The notes under the pieces were generated by a model. That model had not been told where the DNA came from. It searched no databases and was given only the letters and a program-made list of their open reading frames with translations. A DNA stretch of 64,000 nucleotides, from NCBI RefSeq assembly GCF_009914755.1, contig NC_060936.1. One strand, given 5' to 3'. A program made the position numbers and the translations under genes. The stretch comes from the human T2T-CHM13v2.0 reference genome, Homo sapiens. Below, in pieces: positions 34,701 to 48,548 of the stretch (the stretch's first letter is position 1; every line of letters starts with the position of its first letter).

Positions 34701-35906
34701 TGCATACCATTAACATCAAAATAATGAGATCTTTTTTTTCACCCTCTCTACATCAGAATCTCATGTTTTATTGGAACGTGAGATATCAGAGAAAAGGAAT
34801 AAAAGGTATTTCAGGTTTTAGACCAAAATTTCTGAAATGGGGCTATTACTACAACAATGTAGTTTCTGAAAAATGTAAGCACTCCATGAGACTGTTTAAA
34901 ATAACATTGATGACTAAGGAGTTTATGAGAAAGTGAACATATTTAGCAATAAATGTGTACAGCAAAGTATCAAGACATTTTTACTTTCAACTCATTTTAT
35001 AACTAGTGACTGAGAAATAATAATGATCACTGAGTTCTTATTCTGTACAAGAAATTATGCCACTATTACAAATATGTGCCTGGCACCATTCTTTCACATA
35101 TCTATACTCAAATTTTTGTGGTCTCACATATGGACTACTAACAAAATAATGTTTGTTTCTTCAAGGAAGATATTTTCTTAGACAGTCATTTGTTTGACAA
35201 ATCTTTATCAAAGGTTTACAATTTACGTGGTCCAAGTTATGGAGAGCAAAACACATAGTACCTACCCTCAAGGCGCTTATATTCTTATAATGAACAGGCA
35301 AACGTTTATTAGGACTCTGGATTTCAGTAACGCGGAAAAATCATTCACACTATGAACTCCTAGAAAATCTGGATTTACAGAAGATGTTGATGCATAGCTG
35401 AGCTCCCTCAAAAGAAAAAGAAATAGCGAGATATCAGAATCAAAGGGTTGTAAGTATAGAGTTTATACTATGATAGCCCTAGGGGGTGATACAGAGGGAG
35501 GAGGAGGGATAATTAAATTAGCTAATACCTGGGTTGGATTTTAACCCTTGCATAGGACAGGGGATTAGGGTTTGGAACTGAAACTTTGCTTAATGGCCTT
35601 TCCCAGAAGAGCTGTATCCTCAATATAAAGAGAAGCTAGGAAGGAAAAAAATGGCTTAGCAGCCCAGGGACCTAACCTTCAAGCTTGCCTTGGCTTCTGC
35701 TTGGCTTCATTTGTTTGGTGAAAACAAATCGTAAATAAGAAATCAGCTCCTTTGGCCTGCACTTTTCACAGGTTAAGAATAGAAACCTACATGGTATCCG
35801 AGAATCCCCAAGCTGAGAAAACAAACATCAATGTTGATTCTTAGCCAGTTACATTCTTCAGTGCCTGGCAGAATCGAATGCAAAATTGCCCATGGGAGTC
35901 ATTGTC

Positions 35907-36333
35907 GTGGATAATGTCAATGTCCAATGCTTCACCCAGATCCCCTGGGCCCATTTTTACTATTTTGGTGGGGGGGCTGGGCAGGGGACTCCCTTTATGG
36001 TGTGTTTTCCCATCCAACAGCCAGCATCTACTGAGTCTCCTTTTGCAGAGGACTGCCCTCCAAGACACATCCCCCACCCTAAGTTTTTCAGCAGCTCTCT
36101 TGCCTCTGTTTTCATAACTCTAAGGCATAACTTACCAGAGTCCCCTGCAGGTTAAGCCTGAGATCACTTTCTGTGGGATTTTGCCTGAGCTCATACCCTT
36201 GCTTGGCTTCCTCCACTTCTCTGTTCAGTCTTCCCCCACTCTCTTGCCAATTTCCTCTAGAGAACCTCCTTAATAGAAACTATCTCTGAATCCTCATCTC
36301 ACATGTCTGCTTCAAAGGACCAGGACCCAACAC
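35907..36333 (+). mobile_element. LTR16-family (ERVL) solo LTR
   Basis: 3' end gaatcctcatctcacatgtctgcttc...cccaacaca typical of LTR16. Confidence 0.6.
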
Positions 36334-37367
36334 ATTGCTGTGGGATTCCCGCAGGAAAATAAACAAGCACCTCTAAAGATAAACTCAAGAAAATAATTGC
36401 AATATGTACAAGGGAAAAAATTCATCTAAGACAGTCTGCAGAAACAATAAGATGTATTAATGCAACAAAGAACTTCATGTAGTAGAAAAATAACTTGACA
36501 AAATGTATAAATTATCCAGGATACAGATGGAGAGAACCAAAAATGGAAAGTTTGACAGAGAGTTTAATATATACAGGGATATAATGATAAGGTTTGACAT
36601 AGATCTAACAGTAGTTCCTAAGAAGAGAGAAGAAAGAAATGGAAAGGGACTCTCTGAGGCAATATGTATAAGGAGTTTACAGAAATTATGAAATACAAGT
36701 AAACATACAATTCCTAAGTAGAGTAAATAAAAATTAAATCCACATGAAAGAAAGGTTGCACAACTCAAAAGTAGAGAAAACATCTTGAAAGCAACCGGAG
36801 AGAAAAGACAGATAACCTGTAAAGAAACAAGAATTAAACTGCTAGGAATATATTATCAATAGTAACAACAGATACCAGAAGATGGCAAGATAATGTCTTC
36901 AAAGGGAAAAATAACTGTCAACATAAAGTAAATTAACTAAAATATTACTCAGGAAGGAGGATAAAATAAAGACATTTTTAGATGATAACTGTGAGATTTC
37001 ATAATATAATAAATTTTCACTGAAGAAAGAAATTGACCTCAGAAGGAAGAAGTGAGAGGCAAGAAACAAGGTGGAATAAGCCAACAATGGGTAACGTATG
37101 TGGGCTCAACTAAATTAGCATCAACTCTAAAAAAAATAACAATCCCCATAACAAAAATGGTTAATTTGGAAACATGGGTGCTTAAAAGCAAGATTAAATT
37201 TAGAAGCAATGACATGTGAGTAGAATGCAGAGATGAGAGCTAATGCATTCTACCAATTAGATATTGTCTGAGAGGAGAGTAAAGATACCACTTATCTTTA
37301 TCCTCTGCACATAATATATGAACATTACAGATTTATCAACTTGAAGCATAATGACTTAAGCTATTCT

Positions 37368-38180
37368 TACTTCTGGAAAAGAGGCCTCGTCCTAGATCCC
37401 AAGGGCAGGTTCTTGGATTTTGTGCAGGAAAGAATTCAGGGTGAGTCACAGTGTACAATAAAGTTAAAATAGCTTGTTAGAAACTACTCCAATACAGAGT
37501 AGAGTGTCCTCAGAAAGCAAGAGGAGGAATGCCCCTACCTCAAATGTAACTCTTGCTTATATCGGATATTACAGATAAGAACAGTGTACTTTATTATAAA
37601 CGCTTGTGATTAGCTTGTGACAGACTGTTAGTATTGTTTTCTCTTTTGTAATTATTAATTTCAGGAAGAATTTATGAGTGTACTATTATCTTTAGAGCCA
37701 AAGTTATTTTTTATTTATTTATTTTTTGAGACGGAGTCTAGCTCTGTCGCCCAGGCTGGAGTGCAGTGGCGCGATCTCGGCTCACTGCAAGGCATGAACC
37801 TCCTGGGTTGATGCCATTCTCCTGCCTCAGCCTCCCGAGTAGCTGGGACTGCAGGCACCCACCACCACGCCCGGCTAATTTTTTATATTTTTAGTAGAGA
37901 CAGGGTTTCACCATGTTAGCCACGATGGTCTCGATCTCCTGACCTCGTGATCCACCCACCTTGGCCTCCCGAAGTGCTGGGATTACAGGCATGAGCCACT
38001 GCTCCAGGCCGAGCAAAACTTATTTTAAACTGAGAGTGCCTTTTTCCATTAACTCGTTTCTTCAACCAGAAGCATCTTGTGATCAAGACTGCCTAACTTT
38101 CTGGGAATGTAACCCAGCAGGTATTGCTTTCTCCAGCCTTTATTCAAGATGGGGTCACTCTGGTTTAGACGTCTCTGACA
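37368..38180 (-). mobile_element. MER41-family ERV1 solo LTR containing an Alu
   Basis: Reverse complement starts tgtcagagacgtctaaaccagagtgaccccatcttgaataa (MER41 5' end); other end has ggttcttgga...aaagaattcagggtgagtc; 4-bp TSD ttct. Confidence 0.8.
37711..38010 (-). mobile_element. AluY inside MER41
   Basis: Alu body with acctcgtgatcc and gccattctcctg; TSD gagc(c/a)aaa(g/c)ttatttt. Confidence 0.9.
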
Positions 38181-38669
38181 TTCTCACCGTGCAATTACAA
38201 TAAAAGGAGATTTTGAAAAATCATCATTTATCCAATAGGAAGAGAGAAGAAAGGACACAAAGTAAAATACAGGAAGTAGAAAAACAGAATGATATGTGTG
38301 GGCCAGCTAATCAGGTGATAGTGGCAGCGACAAAATAGACAATTGGGTGGGAGGAAGCATTGTTATTTGTAAACAGGGTTGTTACACCATGATAAAAGGA
38401 GCTATTCATTAGAAAAATACGTTAATTCTAAATCTGTATATGCACCTGACAATATATAAATTACAATAATATGAAAAGCAAAAACTGACACAATTACCAG
38501 GAGAAAGTGACAAGTCTACAATCATGATTATAAACTCTAGAACAGTTCCTTCAGTAATTGATAGAACAGATAAAAAATGAGTCAAGAGGTGATTTGAACA
38601 ACAGTTCACATACTTGATTTCTATATTGCACATAAAGAAACATTATTTGAAGTACAGAAAGGATATATA

Positions 38670-39876
38670 CAGTCATACTCCACATAACAACATTTTGGTC
38701 AATGACAGATTGCATATTTGAAGATGGTTTCATAAGATTAGAATACAGCTGAAAAATTACTATCACCTAGTGACACCTTGTGACATTGAAGCCATTGTAA
38801 CATCATAACACAAGGCATTACTGACCTGTTTGTGGTGATACTGGTGTAAACCTACTGCACTGCCAGTCCTATAAAAGTATAGCACATACAATTATGTACA
38901 GTACATAATAGTTGATAGTGATAATAAATGACTTGCTGGTTTATATATTTACTATACTTTTTATAGTTACTTCAAAGTGTACTTCTTCTTATTAAAAAAA
39001 AAAGCTAATTGTAAAATATCCTTAGGCAATTCCTTCAGAACTTCCTTCTTATTCCAGAAGCAGGCATTGTTATCATAGAAGATGACATGGGTGTTATTGC
39101 TCCTAAAGACCTTCCAATGGGTCTTCCAGTGGGGCACGATGTGGAGGTGGCAGACAGTTATATTGATGCTCCTGATGCTGTGTAGGCCTAGGCTAATGTG
39201 TGTGTTTTTGTCTTAGTTTTTAGCCAAAAAGTTTTAAAAGTAAAATAAATTTTAAAATAGGAAAAGCTTTTAAAGGTATAAAGAAAGAAAATAGTTTTGT
39301 ATAGCTATACAATGTATTTTAAGTATCATTGCAAAAGAGTCAAAAAGTTAAAAAAAGATTGAAAAGTTTGTAAAAGTAAAAAAGTCAGCTAAGATTAATT
39401 TACTATTGAAGAAACAATTTAAAAAATAAATTTAGTACAGCCTAAATGTACAGTGTTTATAAAGTCTGCGGTAGTATACAATAATGTCCTAGGCTTTCAC
39501 ATTCACTCATCACTCATTCACTGACTCACCCAGAGCAAATCCAGTCCTGCAAGCTCCATTCATGATAAGTGCCCTAAATAGGTCTACCGGTTTTTATGTT
39601 TTATACTGTATTTTTAGTGTACTTTTTCTATTTTAGATATGTTTACATACATTAGTACTTACCATTGTGTTACAATTACCTACAGTATTCAGTATAATAA
39701 TATGCTGTGCAGATTTGTAGCCTAGGAGAAATAGACTATAGCATATAGCTTAGGTGTGTAAGACGCTACACTATCTAGGTTTGTGGAAGATCACTCTACG
39801 ATGTTCACACAATTAGAAAATCAGCTACGGATGAATTTCTCAGAATGCATCTCTATTGTTAAGTAAAGCATGACTG
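38670..39876 (+). mobile_element. Tigger3b non-autonomous DNA transposon
   Basis: TA-flanked cagtcat...atgactg termini; ~1.2 kb; internal Tigger3 (GOLEM) sequence. Confidence 0.85.
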
Positions 39877-40059
39877 TATAAAAGTTGACTTCATATTAGG
39901 CTACAAAGCAAATCTCAACAAGTGCCACAGAATTTATATATCTTGCAGAAGCACATTTTCTTACCATAACAAAATTAAAAATTAAACCAAGGTAATTAAG
40001 AGTCCATATACTTGGAGATTTAAAAGTACACTTTTAAAACTTTAATTGTCAAAGAAATC

Positions 40060-40583
<524 letters not shown>

Positions 40584-41313
40584 TAAAGAGCAAATAATAA
40601 TAACAAAGTGAAAAAAACACACTCAATAGGGTAGATCAAGAAATTATAGCACAACATGATAACTTGTGAGGAGAGTATGTTCAAGTTTCCTCCTGTGCGC
40701 AGCGGCTTCCTAGAGTCCTTCGTGCCGAGTCCTGTCTCCCTGTCTAACCCCACTTCCTTCTACTCTTCCTCTCTCTCTCCTCTTCTCTTTCTTTTCCTCA
40801 AACATGCCAACCTCCTTCCACCTATTTAAGACCTTTGCACTTGCTCTTTTCTCTGCCTGGAGCACTCTGCTCTGTTTTTGCATTCATCACAAACTTCTTT
40901 GTTGCATTCACATTTGCATTAAAAAAGTGTTTACTGAAAATCAGTGATGTTCCTGACAGTAGAGATACAGCAGTGAACAGAATAAACAAAAATATCTGTA
41001 ATTATGGAATGTATGTTCTAGTAGCTGGCAAATTTTCACTCAGTAAGGTCTTCCCTGACCACCAATATAAATGCCAATGTTACTTATTTTCCTGTTTTCC
41101 TATTTATTACGTTTCTTTGCACTAGTGTGCCACATCTTTGAGAGAAGAGACCTTGTCTATCTTGTTTGTCACTTTACTCTGAGGGCATGGAATGATACCT
41201 AAAACAATTATGTGTTCAAGAGCTATTAGGTAAAAGAATGAATGCATGAATAGGGGATTCATGGAAGGTGTCTCCTCAATTATATTTGAGGAAAACATTT
41301 GCCTGAAGCAAAG

Positions 41314-41316
<3 letters not shown>

Positions 41317-41350
<34 letters not shown>
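41317..41350. repeat. (TG)n microsatellite
   Basis: Pure TG run of ~17 units. Confidence 0.95.
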
Positions 41351-41352
<2 letters not shown>

Positions 41353-42785
41353 ACCAAGCAGAACAAAGATTCTGTGTAAACTCAAGAGAATGGATACTGT
41401 GGCATTAGAATGAGAGGTTAGATGGGCAGGCAGGGACCAGATGCAAATAGTCTGGTTGCTATGCAAAAAGAGTGGACATTTCATCTTACAAATAACAGTG
41501 CGCATGATGGCCATTTGTTTCAACACAAGATGGGAAATTTAAATCTCCTTTGGGGATTTAATTTTAAAAGTAAAGAATGTTTCTATTTGGTTTGAAAACA
41601 ACAACTCTTTGGTTGTAATTATTTTTATGAGCTCAGTTTTAGTTAACATATAATATATAACTGCAAACACTATACAGTTGATAAAGGACATTTCATTAAT
41701 AATCAACTTTACATGGTGCTTTATTGGAACACTGAAATAGGTGTAGATCAAGCACTGGAACTTAGTTATGTACAAACTTAGAATGTATTTTCCCATAACT
41801 GGTGTCAAGTTTACTTTCAGTGTGCCCACTTGTGCCATCATCACCATCAACATCAGATCTCACATGGATTGCATGGCTCTTATATTCAAGACACTGTTCT
41901 AATCCATTTAATTTTCTCAAAAACTCTCGGTGCAGGGACAATGAGTTGCTCTAAGTCCCATAGCTAGCACATGGAGTAGGCAGGATTCAAAATGTGGTAG
42001 TTCAGCTCTGCAGCCTGTGCTCTTAACCCTTATTCCTCACCGCTTCCGTCCTTCCTGAATTCCATCCCACCCACTGAGTTTTGTCACCTAATCTTATGGA
42101 AACATGTACTCTGCAGATTTAGGTCATCTTCCCATGCCCTCCTTCTCCGCCTCACTGATTTTCTTTGCCTACCTCCAATCCTGTTCCTCCTCACAAGCTT
42201 CTGCCACTGATGCCATCCCTGGTCTGACCCCTGGAATGGAAGGTCCTGGTGAAAGACAAAAGTCATAGTCGGGTGCTTTCAAAGGGACGGGAGTCTGTGT
42301 TCTCAATCAGATTCAGTCTGTCAGTTGTCTCTAGGGATGTGGGATCTTCATGTAGGTGGCATATGGAATTTTCTAATCAACGTTTATCTTCCCCTGACCC
42401 CTCATCAGTGGTGCACACACCTTCCTCTGTGTACATTCTCCTGAGCAATCTGAGTGGCTCCTGTCCCTCTGTTCAACTCTTGGCTCTCTCACTTGGAATC
42501 TTGAGAACTAGCCTCCGTGAACTCTGGGAACTGGGATATAGTGGCCCTCAGCTCTCATCTTCATAGGAACACTGTGATACTCTCATGCTCTGCTGGCTTC
42601 TGGCATCAGAGGATCTCCTCGGCAGTGGGGTTTCTGCCTTCACGAGTCTCCAGATGAAAAGTCAGTGGCATTCTCCAATTTTTAGAACCCTTCATATTTT
42701 AGAATATATAAATCTAGTGCCTCCTTCAATCTAGGGGTTGGGGGAGAAGTTAAATGCTTTAGAAATTGTGTTCTCAAGAAAGTGA

Positions 42786-42813
42786 TCGCAAGACTCCATC
42801 TCAAAAAAAAAAG
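42786..42813 (+). mobile_element. Extremely 5'-truncated Alu 3' tip with TSD
   Basis: tcgcaagactccatctc + A10G, flanked by a perfect 10-bp TSD aagaaagtga (42776-42785, 42814-42823). Confidence 0.8.
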
Positions 42814-44552
42814 AAGAAAGTGACAATTTTTACCCTTCAGGGTGCTGTGAGAACCCATCATTTTATGAACTCAATGGTGGGTATCTCATACTACGGGAGT
42901 GGGGAACAGTAGACATTGTTCATGTTAAAAGGTGAACTCCCAGTGCCTTTTGTTCTCAGCTATTAGTTTAGCAAGTCCTACACAAAAGCAGTAACACCAG
43001 GGAGCTGGAAAGAATCTAAGTTGGTACATCACATCCCATTGTCCACATCAACACACTCATGACATAAAACCTTGCAAAGAAAGTGATATCAGCACCACTT
43101 GAATCAGTATAAGGAATTACAAGGACTTTATAGAGTTTAAGTGACTTCTGACAATAAGCACTTCTATGTATTAGCTCAAATATGTTAAGATTTAAACCAT
43201 CACTTAAAATTCAAGAACAATATGACCTAGGCCTTTTATTTTGGTAATAAGATATATAGTTTACTTCTGAATGATTAATACTTCTACTAAATGTCAAAAG
43301 CCAAAAGCTACAAATTTTTCTTAGATAATACACATTTTTAGGTCTTTATATTAAATCAAATAATAAATTTAGCCATACTTTGTATCAATCCTAATAATAT
43401 TCCTGACTACCAATATGAATGTTAATCTTACTTATTTTCAGTATTATATATTACATAAATATAGTATGATGATCCAGTAATTATTTCTTTAACACTTGGC
43501 TTATATTAAGCCTATTTTCCAATATGAGAAATACAGCTGGAACTACCTACCTCATTAGGGTCATAATAAACTGTACATAACAATACATTTAAAGCCAAGG
43601 ACAGGCACTTAGTACATGGTAGTCATCATTCTGTCCTCAGTACTAAAATTTTTGCATAATTCTTTGTCTTCCATTCAAAATTTTTTGAATTTTTCAAAAA
43701 GTTCTTATCAGAAAATAACACAGCATGTCCTGTGCATTATATAGTTATTCATTCTAAAAGTACTGTGTTTTCAAGGGTCTGGTCATTGCCCAGGTCAAAA
43801 TTGTATTGCTTGTGGCCAAAAACGTTTCTACCCACTTATTCTTGTCTTATCCTTGCTGATTGGTGGCACTTGTCAATAAATATTGGCAGTAAAGTCTTTG
43901 AGAGTGATGTCTCCTAGTCTCCTAGATACTGTTTAATGTAGATTTCAAGCCCTATTCTTGGAAAAAAATCCCTCAAAAAGATTTCAGTTCTCCAAAGCGG
44001 TATCTCCAGCTTTCCCTAACTTCATTTAAAACATGCTTTACTGACGGGTTAGCCACTCACCTCCACACACTGTTAGACATTCTACCTCCTTTCAGCCATA
44101 TTTTTTTTCTGAAATTTTGTGATTTTCAATATTGCTATAATAATAGTGAAGCTCACATTTTCATAGCTTTTCTTCTGCACTGTTGCTCCCTCTAGTGCTG
44201 AGTTGAGAGACTGGATATTCGTAAGACAATGTAAAAATTTTCCTAATTTAACTAATAGAAAAGTTAACTGTGGAAAAAAAATATGTTATTAACACATTGA
44301 AAGTATTTCTACATGCCAGGGCTAGGGTACCATTCGTTACCATATCTCCAGCAGCCAGTGCAGCATTGACTCCTAACAAATATGCTTTGAACCAAACTGC
44401 TGAGAGAATACATAGGACGGAAAAAAAATTAAGACTCTATCTCTATCTTAACTTTTTTAATTCAAGATGTGCCTTTTATAGTGACACCTAAAGTTTTAGA
44501 AAGATCTTATCATAGAACAGCATTATTTAGCTAGCTATGAAAAATGAAATAA

Positions 44553-44898
<346 letters not shown>

Positions 44899-47699
44899 TC
44901 AAATATATGTAGAAAGAAGCAGCTTAGCAGTTTCTAACTTAGCGGGAATTCTGACATTTGGATGTTGTGCACACAGACTTTTGAGGAATTCTTCTGCATA
45001 CCACAAGCTAGAGCTACTAAACTTCTGTGAATCCCACAGTCTGTTGTTGGGGATAGCTGCTGGCAAAGCTTACTTCACTCAATGCGATCTACCCTATCAG
45101 AGTTATCTTCAACTCTTGTCTCAATAGTCAGCCATTTGCTTCCAGTATTGTCTTTACTTTTCACCTCTCCTGCTTAATGCTCCCAAATCCAAACAGCTCC
45201 ATTTTACAGTTGAGCATACTTTATTCACTTTACTCTTTAACCTGCAGGTTGTTGGCTAGGATCCTCTCTACAATACTCACTTCAGATTTGGAGCAGGATT
45301 CTCCATTTAAAGCAACAGGGGCAGGAAGACATCCACGTTTTGCATGACAGGTCATATACTATTCAATATGTTATAAGATACCTATATACATCTAACAGGC
45401 ATTCTATTGATTTTTATAATACAGTCTACAGAAAGTAAATTTAACAAAATTGCCTTCGCTGGTGAGAAAACATAGATTCCCCAGTGACTTTCAACTATGC
45501 CCTCAAGGGCCATGTCAAAATCCCTGAAAGTGGATGGTCATAAAATTTTTGTGTTAATCCATGGGTTTTCAATAGTTGAGAAGTAGGGGTCTAATTTAGA
45601 GGGGACTGTCTAAAGAGGTATGAGGGTTTAAGTCTATGACCTTATTAAACTCTAAGACTGATTGCTCACAATTACACAATCCAGCTACCAAAAAGTAATT
45701 TCAGAATAACTCAATATCTTTACTTTTATTTCACAAACACTGTGAAGTTTATACATAGACCCCTCTTCTTTTCCATCTTTCTTTCCTCCATTCCACAGTC
45801 TTTCATATTATTTGTCCTGCGCCTGTCACTTTTTTCCTTATTCTGCAAAGCTCAGAAGAACCCAGATGGCAAAAAGCAGAACTATTCACAGAAGGTGAAG
45901 GAAAGAAGACTTGGCAGATTGGTAGACAGAGTTAGAATCTCTTAGGTCAGCAAAAGTTAAAAAAAAAAAAAAAAAAAGAAGGTTAAGAACACACACACGT
46001 ATTTGCACATATGTTAAAATGTTTTGACCCATCACATAAATGTGTGTGAATTGGGGGTGAGGACAAAAAAAAGATGGAAAGACACATTTCTGTCTCTTAC
46101 ACGACGGAGGAAACAAAATACCTCTGGTCATTTCTATTCTGATTATTCACTGCATGTTTAAATAAGGTTTAAAGAGACTCTCAATGACTCTCTAAATTAT
46201 GGAAGCAAGTAGCTGATTCTTAGCTTTCTTGTAAATTTCACAAAGACTCCTTTGAGGGAAAGCCACAGTCTCCTAGAAGCTGTTAACTTGCTTTAAATCA
46301 ATTGCATTAAACCAATTGCATGAGCAATTGGTTTAGAGTTAGGAAATTTTATTATCGCTTTAACCACAAGAGTATGCAAAAAGATAAGACAAGATTCTAG
46401 TGTAATAAAGATTCCTACCTAGCCGGCTAGTAATCTATATAGAAGAATTAGATAAGATTATTTCCAGTGTTAAATAATGCAAAATTTCAAAAATATTGCT
46501 GAAGCACATTTGGGAATCCCATACTTACCTGTGCCTCACTGTTGTTTAGACAGTTAACACTTCATCAAATGTGCTTCCTGGATTGCAAGTCCAACTATCA
46601 TATTAGTTGATGCTGGATAATTTTGGTTTACTAATGCACCATTTTATGCTAGCATAAGGAGCCCTACATTTCTTAGGATGCAAGCAACTGGTTTGGAAAG
46701 GATAATTTTCCTATTTGTAAGAATATAGTAATAAAACACAGTGAATGTTTGTCTTAGAGAATTTGTCTTTTCCAATGCACAGGACAAAGAATCTTTCCCA
46801 CTGTTATCTTTGAGATCCTTCTTCAGAATGTGGTTTCTACCTAGAATTCTGCTGCTACTTTCCTGTGGCTTCTGGTTCTTGAAATTGCTTGCCATATAAC
46901 CAAGAGAAGGAAAGGGTATCAGTTAGGATTCGGTTCAGCTTCATAGAACAGAGACCCTACTATGGAGGCTTAAATGTGCAGGTTTATGCTCTTAAGTTTA
47001 ATGAAGATTAGAGAACGCAGCTGGGGCCTGATACAGTGGCTTCCTAGAGTCGTAGGGGCCCACAGAGATCTCTGAGCTCTCCCATCCACAGTGCTTACAA
47101 ATGCATTGCATCTGCATCTTAAGCAGCAGGAAGGAGGAAGTAGCAGAGAGGCCAAAGGGCACCCTCCAGCTGTCTTTTATGAAAATTTCTCAGAAGTTAC
47201 ACACTTCCACTTCCACTTCATTGATGGTGCTGAATAAGATCAAGGCATAAGGAAAGAGAAAGATATAGGGGCAGACAAACAACAGTCTCTGTAGCAGAAC
47301 ATGACGATGACACAGCATATCATCTTTTCTGATTTTAAAGCAATCAACTTAGTATTTAAATTCAATCACTCAAGATTTTCCTTTGTATCTTTACTTTTCC
47401 TCCCTTTTCTTAAAGTAAACTTAAATTTCCAGAGAACTTACATATTATGCTGCAATCAGAAGAAGGGTCTCTGCCTTAGCTATAGTGTTGCTGATCACAG
47501 CAAGACTTTTTATTGCCATCATGAGGCCGGTATTACTGCTGAGTCTATGCTTTCTCTGTGGTCCTTGGTCGTGAAGTTCATACACTCCAAATCCTACTCA
47601 TTCCAACCTCAGGTCTCTTTAGGGCCTTCAATCTTCTGCCGTTTGTAAGGTTGGAGATTCTGCCCTTGCCCATGGTTAGGATAGGAGAGGCTATGCTGC

Positions 47700-47826
47700 A
47701 GAGAAAAGAAAAGAAAAGAAAAGAAAAGAAAGAGAAGAGAAAGGGAGGGAGGGAGGGGAGGGGAGGGGGGAGGGGAGGGGAGGGGAGGGAAGGGAAAGGA
47801 AGGGAAGGGAAGGGAAGGGAAGGGAG
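47700..47826. repeat. Polypurine compound repeat (GAAAA)n-(GGAGG)n-(GGAAG)n
   Basis: ~125 nt of uninterrupted purines on the + strand. Confidence 0.95.
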
Positions 47827-48175
47827 ACTATCCCCAAATCTCAGTGATTGAACACACAAAAGTTTATTTCTAACTCACACTGCATGTCTGTCGAGGTTTC
47901 TGGAAGCCTCTGTATAGTCACTCAGAAGCCTAGTCACTGTGCATAGTCACTCAGTTGGTTTGTAGAACCTTCCTCAGCAAGGCCTCTGCTGTAGTGGGGT
48001 CTTTGAGTGACTATGCAGTCACTCAGAGGCCATGCTGAGGAAGATTCTGCCAACCAACTTGTAGTCATCTTATCTAGACCATGTGGTCTTCTCTGTCACT
48101 ATGGTAGGGGAAGAGAGACTGGAGAATCACCTTGGGTTTTTGCTATCAGCTCCCTAATTGATACAGCATCACTTC

Positions 48176-48548
48176 CTGCCAGGGATTGAATGTCTGTGTC
48201 CCCCAACATTCATATGTTGGAACCCTCTCCCCTAAAGTGATAATATTTAGAAGTGAGGACTATGGAGGCTAATTATATCTAGATGAGGCCATGAGGCTGG
48301 GGTCCTCATGATGGGATTGGTGTCTTTATAGGAAGAGACCAGAGCCAACTTCCTCTCTGCCTCTGCCATGTGAGGATACAGCAGAATGGTGGCCATCTGC
48401 AAACCAGAAAGAGGGCTCTCACCAGACACCAAATATGCTTGCACCTTGATCTTGGACCTTCCAGCCTGAGAACTGTGAGAAATAAATGCTTGTTGTTCAA
48501 GCCACCAATATACAGTATTCTATTATAGCAGCCAAACTGACTAAGACA
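48176..48548 (+). mobile_element. MLT1A-type MaLR solo LTR
   Basis: tgaatgtctgtgtcccc...ttgatcttggaccttccagcc...aaataaatg...gactaagaca. Confidence 0.85.

Noticed and set aside
45242-45280. 39-nt GT-AG intron within the candidate gene
   Set aside because: Too short for a human intron and open in frame (VSIVERILANNLQ), so it is treated as part of one 352-nt exon.
47558-47859. Arg/Gly/Lys-rich and Pro/Ser-rich ORFs
   Set aside because: Translations of the polypurine simple repeat.
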